Positions 56,228-64,000 of a stretch of 64,000 nt of DNA are shown here, one piece after another. The notes beneath the pieces are model-generated. The model did not search any database. It worked only from the letters and a program-made list of their open reading frames with translations, and was not told where the DNA came from. Each line of letters begins with the position of its first letter. Position 1 is the stretch's first letter. A program made the translations under genes and the position numbers. The stretch is from Mailhella sp. (GTDB lineage Bacteria > Desulfobacterota > Desulfovibrionia > Desulfovibrionales > Desulfovibrionaceae), in the NCBI GenBank assembly GCA_031552135.1, contig JAVBMS010000044.1, positions 3,425-67,424 on the forward strand, in the 5' to 3' direction.

Positions 56228-57466
56228 TTATTTCGGGTTGCGCGTCATATGGCGTTGCATCGCCTCGATCCGGCGTTTCCAGCGCGCGGCGAGGCGGGGT
56301 TCCTCGCCTGTCTCGCGGGGCTGGTAGTAATGCCGGGCGCTGACGCCGGCGGGAAAATAATCCTGCTCCACCCAGGCGTCAGGAAAATTGTGCGGATATT
56401 TGTAACCCTCGCCGTAGCCCCAGTCTTTTTGCAGGCGCGTGGAGGCGTTGCGCAGGTGCAGGGGCACGGCCTGCGGGCCGTTGTTCTTCACTTCGCGCAC
56501 GGCGTTGTGGTAGGCGGCGTAGGTGGCGTTGCTCTTGGGCGCGAGCGCGAGGTAGACCACGGTTTCGGCCAGCGGAATAAAGCCTTCGGGCATGCCCACA
56601 AATTCCACCGCCTGCTGGCAGGCCACCGCCAGGGAAAGCGCCCTGGGATCTGCCAGGCTGACGTCTTCCGAGGCGGAAAGGATCAAACGCCGGCAGATAA
56701 AGCGCGGGTCTTCGCCGCCTTCCAGCAGGCAGGCCAGATAATAGAGCGCCGCGTCCGGATCGCTGCCCCGGATGGACTTGATCAGCGCCGAGGCCAACTC
56801 GTAATGGCTGTCGCCGTCTTTGTCGTGGCGGCTGAGAATTTCGGGCATGGCGCGCCGTACATGTTCCAGGCCGCGCCGATCCTCGGGAAGCAGGACGACG
56901 TATTCCACCAGATTGAGCAGGGTGCGGCCGTCGCCGTGCGCCATGGTCGCCAGAAAATCCAGAACATCCTCGGGCAGGACAACGCCGGTTTTTTCCGCCC
57001 CGCGCCGGGCCAGCGTGAGCAGTTCGTCCCGGCCCAAAGCTTTGAGGCGCAGCACATGCAGGCGCGAAAGCAACTGGCGCGTGACGCTGAACGAAGGGTT
57101 TTCGGTGGTGGTGGCCAGCATGGTGATCTCGCCGCTTTCCAGCAGCGGCAAAAAAAAGTCCTGCTGCGCCTTGGAAAAACGGTGCAACTCGTCCAGAATA
57201 AGAATATCCACGCCGTTCAGCTGGCGGCGAAGCTGCTGCAAACCCGTTTCCGGCGCACTGAGCCGCAGTGTTTTGCCGCCCCTGGCCTGGGCCAGCAACA
57301 GGGCCAGCGTGGACTTGCCGGAGCCCGGCGGGCCGAAAAGCAGCAGGCTGGGCAGCCGGGGCGCTTTGAGCAGGGCCGCGATGCGATCACGCAAATGCTC
57401 CTGGCCGACAAAGCCTTCAAATTCCTGCGGGCGCAGGCTTTCGGGCAGGGGCTGGGCCACGGTCAT
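56228..57466 (-). CDS. rarA: replication-associated recombination protein A (AAA+ ATPase)
   Basis: LLLFGPPGSGKSTLA (Walker A), ILILDELHRF (Walker B), and a C-terminal MgsA-type domain (SIRGSDPDAALYYLACLLEGGEDPRFICRRL). ATG 57466 overlaps the rsmE stop. Confidence 0.9.
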   Translation of the reverse strand: MTVAQPLPESLRPQEFEGFVGQEHLRDRIAALLKAPRLPSLLLFGPPGSGKSTLALLLAQARGGKTLRLSAPETGLQQLRRQLNGVDILILDELHRFSKAQQDFFLPLLESGEITMLATTTENPSFSVTRQLLSRLHVLRLKALGRDELLTLARRGAEKTGVVLPEDVLDFLATMAHGDGRTLLNLVEYVVLLPEDRRGLEHVRRAMPEILSRHDKDGDSHYELASALIKSIRGSDPDAALYYLACLLEGGEDPRFICRRLILSASEDVSLADPRALSLAVACQQAVEFVGMPEGFIPLAETVVYLALAPKSNATYAAYHNAVREVKNNGPQAVPLHLRNASTRLQKDWGYGEGYKYPHNFPDAWVEQDYFPAGVSARHYYQPRETGEEPRLAARWKRRIEAMQRHMTRNPK

Positions 57467-58194
57467 AGCGCCTCCGGAGCCTGGCGCTTCCACCAGTGCA
57501 GCGCCATGGCCGTCAGGGCGGCGGTTTCCCAGCGCAGGACGCGTTCGCCCATGGTCAGCGTTTCAAACCCATGCGCGGCCAGCAGGGCGACTTCGGCGGG
57601 CGTGAAGCCGCCCTCCGGGCCGACGACGCAGATCGTGTCGCCGGGCAGCGCCAGCTTGTCCGCGCTTAAAAAGCCCTGGGCGGCGTGATCGCTTTCCACC
57701 AGAACATGCTTGTGCGGCAGGCCTTCGGCCAGGGCAGCGAGTTCGGCCGCGCCGCCCGGCAGGGTGCGCAGTTCGGGTATCCAGGGGTTGCGGCACTGTT
57801 TGGCCCCGGCCGCAAGCTGGGCCTGCCAGGGCGCGCGAATATCCTCCGGCACGGGAAACTGGCTGCGTTCCGCCTGCCAGAACCACAGCGCCGAAGCTTC
57901 CATTTCCACGGCCTTTTCCAGAATCCAGCCGCGGCGCGCGGCCTTGCCCCAGCCGGCCGCCAGAATGAGGCGGGAAGCGGGGCGCGGGTGCAGCGTTTCG
58001 CGCAGCAACGTCAATTCGGCCGTGTTTTTGGCGACGCGTTCCAGGCGGCAGCTCGCTTCCCGCCCCCGGCCGTCCAGCAGGGTGACTTCCTCGCCGGGCC
58101 GCAGGCGCAAAACCCGGATCAGGTGGTGGGCCTCCGGGCCTGCCAGCGTCAGCGTTTTTTTCCAGTCGTCCGGGGGCAGATAAAACGTGTGCAT
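57463..58194 (-). CDS. rsmE: 16S rRNA (uracil1498-N3)-methyltransferase
   Basis: MHTFYLPPD...EAHHLIRVLRLRPGEEVTLLDGRG (PUA-like N domain) and C-terminal VVGPEGGFTPAEV...LGERVLRWETAAL (SPOUT knot). Confidence 0.85.
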   Translation of the reverse strand: MHTFYLPPDDWKKTLTLAGPEAHHLIRVLRLRPGEEVTLLDGRGREASCRLERVAKNTAELTLLRETLHPRPASRLILAAGWGKAARRGWILEKAVEMEASALWFWQAERSQFPVPEDIRAPWQAQLAAGAKQCRNPWIPELRTLPGGAAELAALAEGLPHKHVLVESDHAAQGFLSADKLALPGDTICVVGPEGGFTPAEVALLAAHGFETLTMGERVLRWETAALTAMALHWWKRQAPEAL

Positions 58195-58201
58195 GATGGG
58201 C

Positions 58202-59926
58202 CTAAAGCGCGGGGCGCTGGGATTGGCGGCTTTTGCGGATGGCGTCGAACTCGTCGCGCAGGCTCACCAGTTTACCGTATTTGCGCCGCACTTCCAGGCC
58301 GTTTTTCGTCAGCTCGCCTTCCGGCCGCTCAATGTAGTGCTTGCGCAGGTAGCGATCGCTGAGCATGGCGTCCATGTGCCGGATGGCGGTGGCGACAAGC
58401 TCGTCAAAATAGATGGAAAGCTCGAATTTGAAAGCCTGCATCAGGCGGACGGCCTCGGCGAGCATGCGGTCGTACTTGATATGTTCGCCGTGCAGGTTGC
58501 GCGAGCGTATCTCTTCCAGCTCCCGTATGGTGCGGGCCTGGCGGATGTACTGGTAGCGGTTTTCCACCTCCTGGCGCAGCGCATAGAGTTCGCTGTGCGG
58601 CTCCTCAATGTCCAGCTTGGCCAGAAAAGCGTCCAGAATCCTGCTGACGGCGGCAAAAAATTCTTCGCTGTAACTGATAAAGCGGCGCTGGTGCTTGGAA
58701 AGCCAGGAATACATGAATTTGAGGCGTTTTTCGTCCGTTTCGGTGTTCTCCACAACCTCGTTGCGCTTGTAGACGATGCGGCCGTGGTATTCGCCCCGGG
58801 CAATGTCGTTGAGGCGCAGGATCAGGTTGGTCGTGTCGCGGATGAGGTTGAGCCCGTCGATGGCCTTGCCCGTCAACGGATGGATGACCTGCTGCAAGCT
58901 GACGGACAGCGCGCGATCCTGACGCACGTTATCCGCCGCGTAAGCGTGCTGGTGGTACTGCACGCGGATCAGCGCGACCCTGTTTTTTTCGTCCACAAAG
59001 GCCCGCTGTTCGCGCAGCGTTTTTATGACGTCCTTTTGTTCGGGCTCCACGCGGATCAGGGCGATTTTCTCCACCCTTGGGTAGCGGCTTGGCGTGCCGT
59101 CGTTCCAGATGGTGGTGATGGTGCGATCCGACTGGCCCAGCACGCGGATAAGGAAGCGCTCGCCCATTTTATGCAGCTTGCGTGAAAAAAGGGCGGCCGA
59201 GGTGCGGCGCTCGGACGCGATGGGGAAACCGTACAGTTCCATTAAAAACTGCATGACGAACAAGCGGTTGCGCTCGTACAGCTCGTTGTCGCCCAGATGG
59301 AATTTACCGATGCGCAGGCCAAAGCGCTTGATTTCGCCGTCGATGTCCGAGGGCAGCGAGGCGAAGACCCCGGCAAGCTGAAAATGGCCGGAGCCGCTGT
59401 GCGCCAGGACGTGCGCCCTGTCCATGTTCAGGATGTACGGCAAAAGCGCGGGGTACTGCTCAAGGGCGGTGGTGTCCAGATGCTGGAACTCCCTGCGAAA
59501 AACCTCGTGCAGGGCGCGCGGCAGGCGGGACAGCATGGTTTGCATGTTGGCCTGCAAAATATGGTGTTCCAGCGGGCAGCACGGGCCCTGGATGGCGTTT
59601 TCAAAATCCGTGAGCGGATGGAGCATGTCGTACTGGAATATTTCACTGAAGGGCATAAGCTGACGGTCGAGCGCCAGCAGCGAAAAGCCCGGCAGGAAGT
59701 GATATTCGGTCACGTCGGGCTCAAAGGATGGAAGAAGCGCGCGGGAATCGACAATGGGATAGTCTTTGTACGTCGCGTAGGGCCTGAGCAGGCATTCCTT
59801 GATGTGCACCGCGTCCAGATAGGATTTTAATTCGGCCAAAGAAGTAATGGAAACGGCGTCGTAATACGCGTCATGATGTTCACTCGGCAACCATTTGCTT
59901 TGTGAATACGCCTTTTTCCAGTCCAT
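58202..59926 (-). CDS. conserved-looking protein of unknown function (574 aa)
   Basis: Long uninterrupted ORF 7 nt upstream of rsmE. ATG 59926 has GGAG upstream; ATG 59962 is an alternative start. No signal peptide, TM helix, P-loop or metal motif that I recognise. The C-terminal ~200 aa are helical and charged. Confidence 0.7.
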   Translation of the reverse strand: MDWKKAYSQSKWLPSEHHDAYYDAVSITSLAELKSYLDAVHIKECLLRPYATYKDYPIVDSRALLPSFEPDVTEYHFLPGFSLLALDRQLMPFSEIFQYDMLHPLTDFENAIQGPCCPLEHHILQANMQTMLSRLPRALHEVFRREFQHLDTTALEQYPALLPYILNMDRAHVLAHSGSGHFQLAGVFASLPSDIDGEIKRFGLRIGKFHLGDNELYERNRLFVMQFLMELYGFPIASERRTSAALFSRKLHKMGERFLIRVLGQSDRTITTIWNDGTPSRYPRVEKIALIRVEPEQKDVIKTLREQRAFVDEKNRVALIRVQYHQHAYAADNVRQDRALSVSLQQVIHPLTGKAIDGLNLIRDTTNLILRLNDIARGEYHGRIVYKRNEVVENTETDEKRLKFMYSWLSKHQRRFISYSEEFFAAVSRILDAFLAKLDIEEPHSELYALRQEVENRYQYIRQARTIRELEEIRSRNLHGEHIKYDRMLAEAVRLMQAFKFELSIYFDELVATAIRHMDAMLSDRYLRKHYIERPEGELTKNGLEVRRKYGKLVSLRDEFDAIRKSRQSQRPAL

Positions 59927-60124
59927 GCCTGTTTTGCTCCAACCTGCGCGAGGGCTTGGCATCTTTGCGAAACATACGGTAATATATGCAGGTTTTATAG
60001 CAGAATGCGCGCCGGATTTCCAGTAGAAATACGCTGTTTCGGCGCGGCGGATTCTGCCTCTTGCCGTACGCCTCCGCCCTTGCTACAAAAGAAACATCTT
60101 CCAACCCTAACCGCACCCCACGCC

Positions 60125-61153
60125 ATGATCGCGCAAAACCCGCTTGATTCGTTGCTCGCCCTGGTCGCCAGCGTTTTTGACGCCTATTCCGTTGTCCTGT
60201 TCCAGGCCGAGGACGGCGACCGGGCGGCCCGCCTTGTCGCCTCGTTCAGCCTGGACGATCACATCAACGACCACGCGCGCATTCCCCCCGGCAAAGGCCT
60301 GGTGGGCTGGATTTTGCGCAACAATTCGCCGCTCCTGGTCGAGGCGATGGAAGAAAACCAGACCTACCTGGGCTATTACCGGGACGGCCGCGAGCCGGAC
60401 ATCCGCTCCTTCATGGGCTGCCCGCTGCCCGGCGGCGGCGCGTTGTGCATCGATAGCAAGCGCCGCCACGCCTTTGCTGACAACCGGCAAAAGCTGCTGC
60501 ACCTTTTTGCCCTGATGATTCCCCAATTGCAGCCCCAGGGCGAAAACTCCGGCGCGGCAAACGAGGCTTCCGGCTATTTTGTCGCCCTGGAGCGCATGGC
60601 CGGGCTGCGCGGCGCGTATACGGGCTGGAATCCTTATCTCAAGCGCCTTTTGGACTTGCTGCTGGAGGCCACGGGCTTTCAGTACGCGGCTTTTGCCTCG
60701 CGCGCGGAAAACAGCGACCGCTACCAGATAGAAGGCGAAAGCCCTCCGCTGCTGAACCGCCAGGGCAGCCAGATCGAACTGCCGATGCAGTCCGGCATTG
60801 TCGGCTGGGTGCTGCGCAACGGCGAGCCTGTGCTGCATGAAGGCGGCGAAGCGGTCACGCCCGTATTCGGCAAGCATCCGCTGGTGCCGGACTTTGCCTG
60901 CTCCATGTGCCTGCCGGTGGTGATGGACAAGTCCGTTTGCGGCGTCCTGTGCCTGGCCGGCATGGAGCCCCGGGCCTTCAGCCGCGAGTTGCGCTCCTTC
61001 GCGCGCATGGCGGCCGACGACATGGCCCGGCTGCTCGAAACCCTCAGCCTGCGCTACCGTATCCACCATCTGCTGCCCAAAGCCACGCTTCAGACCGAAG
61101 GCGGCGTGGCCTTTGATCCGGACGCCCAGCCCGCGCCGCGCACGCCGGAATAA
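60125..61153 (+). CDS. tandem GAF-domain protein without a recognisable output domain
   Basis: Two GAF-like halves (ARIPPGKGLVGWILRNNSPLLV...FMGCPLP and ELPMQSGIVGWVLRNGEPVLH...SMCLPVV). Track ORF trimmed to ATG 60125. Confidence 0.7.
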   Translation: MIAQNPLDSLLALVASVFDAYSVVLFQAEDGDRAARLVASFSLDDHINDHARIPPGKGLVGWILRNNSPLLVEAMEENQTYLGYYRDGREPDIRSFMGCPLPGGGALCIDSKRRHAFADNRQKLLHLFALMIPQLQPQGENSGAANEASGYFVALERMAGLRGAYTGWNPYLKRLLDLLLEATGFQYAAFASRAENSDRYQIEGESPPLLNRQGSQIELPMQSGIVGWVLRNGEPVLHEGGEAVTPVFGKHPLVPDFACSMCLPVVMDKSVCGVLCLAGMEPRAFSRELRSFARMAADDMARLLETLSLRYRIHHLLPKATLQTEGGVAFDPDAQPAPRTPE

Positions 61154-61165
61154 TCGTCCCGGCCG

Positions 61166-61723
61166 CTAAAACTTGCCGACCCAGCCGGAGCGGACGGCCC
61201 AGGCGAGTTCGGGCGTCAGCATGTCGGGCTGGTGCTCCACGAAGCCGCGCAGTTCGTCCGCGCTGACAAACATGCCGTCGCACGCGATGGCGGGGTTCAG
61301 CCGGGGTTTGAGCGCGGTCGGCCCGGCCAGAAAAAAGTCGGCGGACACGTTGACGCCGTCGCTCACGGAATAGGGCAGGGAGGCCGTGGCCTTGACCGTT
61401 GCCCCCTGTATGCCGAGACAGTGCTCAAGCTCGCGCAGAGCCGCGCCTTCCAGCGATTCGCCGGCCATGACGTTGCCGGTGACGGAAAGATCCCACAAGC
61501 CGGGGTGCCGGGACGACGCCAGCGCGCGACGCTGCAAAAAAATGCCGCCATGCGTGTCGCGCAGGCTGACCAGCACAACGCGCCGCTGCAACTTGCGCCG
61601 CTGCGCCCTTTCAAGCGGCATCAACAAAAACGGGCGGCCGTACCTGTCAAAAAATTCAACAAGTTCTTTAAGTTCCTGGGGCGGATTGAGGTAGGGACAA
61701 TCGGATGGGCGGGCTAAAGCCAT
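61166..61723 (-). CDS. NUDIX-fold protein with a degenerate Nudix box
   Basis: The Nudix box region reads GNVMAGESLEGAALRELEHCLGI (about 61409..61477). Gx5Ex7RE is present, but the usual EE pair reads HC. Confidence 0.65.
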   Translation of the reverse strand: MALARPSDCPYLNPPQELKELVEFFDRYGRPFLLMPLERAQRRKLQRRVVLVSLRDTHGGIFLQRRALASSRHPGLWDLSVTGNVMAGESLEGAALRELEHCLGIQGATVKATASLPYSVSDGVNVSADFFLAGPTALKPRLNPAIACDGMFVSADELRGFVEHQPDMLTPELAWAVRSGWVGKF

Positions 61724-62223
61724 GGCAATCTCTGGATAGCGCGTTTGACAGGGCGGGTTGCGAAGAGCGCCCCGATGGCCCGATCCGGCTTGGTTTGGAG
61801 GCCTCGGCCGCCGTGGCCGAACTGGAGGCCCTGTGTTTTTCCAGCCCGTGGGACGAAACCCGCGTGCGGGCGGCGCTGGTTGATCCGCATTTCATCGCGT
61901 ACGGCATGTTCCGTCAAGGCGTTTTGGCCGCGTATATCGCGCTGGCGGTTCCGCCCGGCGAAGTGGAAATCCTCAATATCGCCACCCGGCCCGCGTGCCG
62001 CCGCCAGGGCCATGCCCGGCGCCTGCTGGAATGCGCCGCTGCCCTCATGCACGAGCGTGGCGCGGAGCGCATTGTGCTGGAAGCGCGGGAACGGAACGCG
62101 CCGGCTATTGCGCTGTACCGCTCCGCGGGCTTTGAGCGCGTGGGTCTGCGCAAGGCCTATTACGCCGACACCGGCGAAGACGCCCTGATCATGAGCCTGG
62201 CCAACCCGGACTGCCCGGCCTGA
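61705..62223 (+). CDS. rimI: ribosomal-protein-alanine N-acetyltransferase (GNAT)
   Basis: ELEALCFSSPW ... ILNIATRPACRRQGHARRLL (acetyl-CoA motif) ... LEARERNAPAIALYRSAGF. The start is uncertain: ATG 61705 overlaps the divergent NUDIX gene start by 19 nt. Confidence 0.75.
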   Translation: MGGLKPWQSLDSAFDRAGCEERPDGPIRLGLEASAAVAELEALCFSSPWDETRVRAALVDPHFIAYGMFRQGVLAAYIALAVPPGEVEILNIATRPACRRQGHARRLLECAAALMHERGAERIVLEARERNAPAIALYRSAGFERVGLRKAYYADTGEDALIMSLANPDCPA

Positions 62224-62224
62224 A

Positions 62225-62962
62225 TCAGCCCCGGCGCATCCGCCGTACGCGCCCGATACGCCGGGCCGGGCGGCCGCGCTTTGCCGCGCTTTGCGCTTTG
62301 CGCGCGGGCACAGGGGACGCTTGGGCCTCGCTGGCTCCATCTGAGGGGCGGCACGGCTGGCTCACGCCCAGCGAGCGCATCAGCGAGGCCTTGTGATCGC
62401 GGATATAGGCCGCCGCATCCAGGCTTTGATAGCGTGCAAACGCCAGATTCCACGCCCCGAACAAAATGCAGGGAGCCAACAGAATCTGCGTGAATTCAGG
62501 AACCGCCTCCCGCCTCCATTCGCCGCGCCGCGCGCCTTCTTCCAGGCATTCGCGCACCAGGCGCAACGTCGGCTCCAGCATACGCCGGAAATAGCTCTCG
62601 TGCAGGGCGGGGAAGCGCTGGCCTTCCATCAGCACCAGCCGCACCAGCTTGCCGAAAAACTCGCTGGCGGCAAGAGCGCTGTAAAATTCGTCCAGCACGC
62701 GCTCCAGGCGCTGCGCCATGCTTTCCGCCGGATCCGCCTCAAACAGGGCGTTGAGGATCGGCTTGCGGATGTATTCCTCCAGCGTGGCTTCAAAAAGTTC
62801 CTGCTTGTTTTTGTAATAAAAATAAATCAGGCCCTTGGTGATCCGCGCGCGCGCCGCGATGTCCTCCATGCGGGCGGATGCAAAGCCCTCGGCGGTAAAA
62901 ACCTCAAACGCGGCCCGTAAAATGGCGGCGGAACGGTCATCGGGGGAAACGGCACGCGCCAT
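62225..62962 (-). CDS. TetR/AcrR family transcriptional regulator
   Basis: The N-terminal HTH ILRAAFEVFTAEGFASARMEDIAARARITKGLIYFYYKNKQELF is the canonical TetR signature. The C-terminal tail is basic. Confidence 0.85.
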   Translation of the reverse strand: MARAVSPDDRSAAILRAAFEVFTAEGFASARMEDIAARARITKGLIYFYYKNKQELFEATLEEYIRKPILNALFEADPAESMAQRLERVLDEFYSALAASEFFGKLVRLVLMEGQRFPALHESYFRRMLEPTLRLVRECLEEGARRGEWRREAVPEFTQILLAPCILFGAWNLAFARYQSLDAAAYIRDHKASLMRSLGVSQPCRPSDGASEAQASPVPARKAQSAAKRGRPARRIGRVRRMRRG

Positions 62963-63014
62963 GGCAACCTCGTCCGTGCAGGCAATACATAGTTGACTTT
63001 TCGGTTAATAAATA

Positions 63015-63030
63015 TTGACTTTTAAGTCAA
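63015..63030. promoter_or_regulatory. palindromic candidate TetR operator between the TetR gene and the HlyD-family gene
   Basis: TTGACTT-TT-AAGTCAA is a perfect 7-2-7 inverted repeat. A further TTGACTTTT half-site lies at 62993..63001. Confidence 0.5.
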
Positions 63031-63094
63031 CAGACGGATATACGGGAATCGGCGTATGCATCCTTTCAAAGCTCATCCGCGCTGGGGTATTGCC

Positions 63095-64000
63095 ATGAAA
63101 CGCGTCCTTCCCCGAATCCTTGTCCTTTGCGTGCTGCTGGCCGGAGCCTGGTATGCCTATACGCGCTGGTGGCCGGACAGATCCGGCGATTCCGGCGTCC
63201 TGACATTGTACGGCAATGTGGAAACGCGCCAGGTGGATCTGGCCTTCCGCGTGGGCGGGCGCATTTTGGAACTGACGGCGGAAGAGGGCGCGCCGGTCAG
63301 GGAGGGCGACATTCTGGCCAGGCTCGACGCCGCGCCGTTTGAAGACGAGGTGCGCGTGGCCGAGGCCAACGCCGCCATGCAGGAGGCCACTCTGGGCAAA
63401 GCCCGCTCCGGCTACCGTGCGGAGGAAGTGACGCAGGCCCGCGCCGTGCTGGTGGAGCGCAACGCCACGCTGAACAATATGCGCCTCACCCTTAGCCGGG
63501 TGGAAGCCCTGCGCAAGAGCGGCGGCATTTCGCAGCAGGATCTGGACAACGCCCGCGCCCGCTTTCAGGAAGCGCAGGCCCGCGCGCAACTGGCCGAAAG
63601 CCAGCTTGGCATGATGGAAGCCGGTTTTCGCCTGGAGGACGTCGCCGCGCAGGAAGCCGCGCTGGAGGCCGCGCGGGCCGTGGTGGCCAAAGCCCGCACC
63701 GCCCTGGACGATACGGTGCTGCGCGCGCCGGAATCCGGCATTGTGCAGACCAAGGTGCGGGAAAAGGGCGCCGTGGTCCAGCCGGGCCAGACCGTCTATA
63801 CGCTGGCGCTGTCCAATCCCGTGCATATTCGCGCCTATGTGCCGCAGCCCAGACTGGGCCTGGTCAAGCCCGGCGCGCGGGTCATGCTGGAAGTGGATGC
63901 CATGCCCGGCAAGCGCTATGCCGGAACCGTCGGCCACATTTCGCCCACGGCCGAATTTACGCCAAAATCGGTGGAAACGCGGGAAGTCCGCAACGATCTG
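63095..64000 (+). CDS. HlyD-family periplasmic adaptor (efflux pump membrane fusion protein), 3' end outside the window
   Basis: Absent from the ORF track because it has no stop in the window. My translation reads MKRVLPRILVLCVLLAGAWYAY...LTLYGNVETRQVDLAFRVGGRILEL...GDILARLD...coiled coil...LDDTVLRAPESGIV. An in-frame ATG at 63056 is an alternative start. Confidence 0.8.
   Translation, partial: MKRVLPRILVLCVLLAGAWYAYTRWWPDRSGDSGVLTLYGNVETRQVDLAFRVGGRILELTAEEGAPVREGDILARLDAAPFEDEVRVAEANAAMQEATLGKARSGYRAEEVTQARAVLVERNATLNNMRLTLSRVEALRKSGGISQQDLDNARARFQEAQARAQLAESQLGMMEAGFRLEDVAAQEAALEAARAVVAKARTALDDTVLRAPESGIVQTKVREKGAVVQPGQTVYTLALSNPVHIRAYVPQPRLGLVKPGARVMLEVDAMPGKRYAGTVGHISPTAEFTPKSVETREVRNDL

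Noticed and set aside
62275-62310. Short tandem CGCTTTG repeats.
   Set aside because: Only about three imperfect units, located inside the TetR coding region. This is compatible with local slippage and is not a CRISPR or satellite-like array. It is mentioned only in connection with the basic tail.

Overview
High-GC (by eye roughly 60-65%) bacterial chromosome segment. Gene content and order point to a Desulfovibrio-type deltaproteobacterium: yceD-rpmF-plsX-fabH-fabG-acpP-fabF-glyA-dCMP deaminase-ribD-ribE-ribBA-ribH-nusB-leuS-lptE-holA-radC-lon, then feoAB. This taxonomic call is an inference, not a search result. I call 68 protein-coding genes, almost all core housekeeping: aminoacyl-tRNA ligases argS, leuS and glyQS; fatty-acid, riboflavin and purine synthesis; ribosomal proteins L32 and S20; Lon; RecO, RarA and HolA; rRNA methyltransferases; scattered cobalamin genes cobO, cbiK and cobQ; ferrous iron and molybdate uptake; bacterioferritin. 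I saw no rRNA, tRNA, CRISPR array, transposase or prophage block. The window is dense, with many 4-nt ATGA stop/start overlaps, and contains many long antisense shadow ORFs typical of GC-rich DNA, which I discarded. I found no clear novel multi-gene system. The items most worth a second look are: (i) a tyrosine-recombinase-fold/di-Mop (TOBE) fusion protein inside a split mod locus that also carries an E. coli-like speG; (ii) a 574-aa protein with no motif I recognise, heading an rsmE-rarA-plsC-rsmG operon; (iii) a ~30-nt hairpin-plus-tail element present twice (20/21 identical core), just downstream of ribBA and nusB and upstream of ribH and leuS; (iv) a CoA-binding/YkgJ fusion, a J-domain protein with a ~130-aa E/R/K segment, and adk chained by overlapping stops and starts; (v) three cobalamin genes each paired with a poorly understood Fe-S or maturation-type protein (AmrS-like radical SAM, DUF523, YqeB-family); (vi) a Cys-rich DUF2325 protein behind feoB. 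All family assignments come from motif recognition by eye. Start codons and motif coordinates were indexed by hand and may be off by a few nucleotides.
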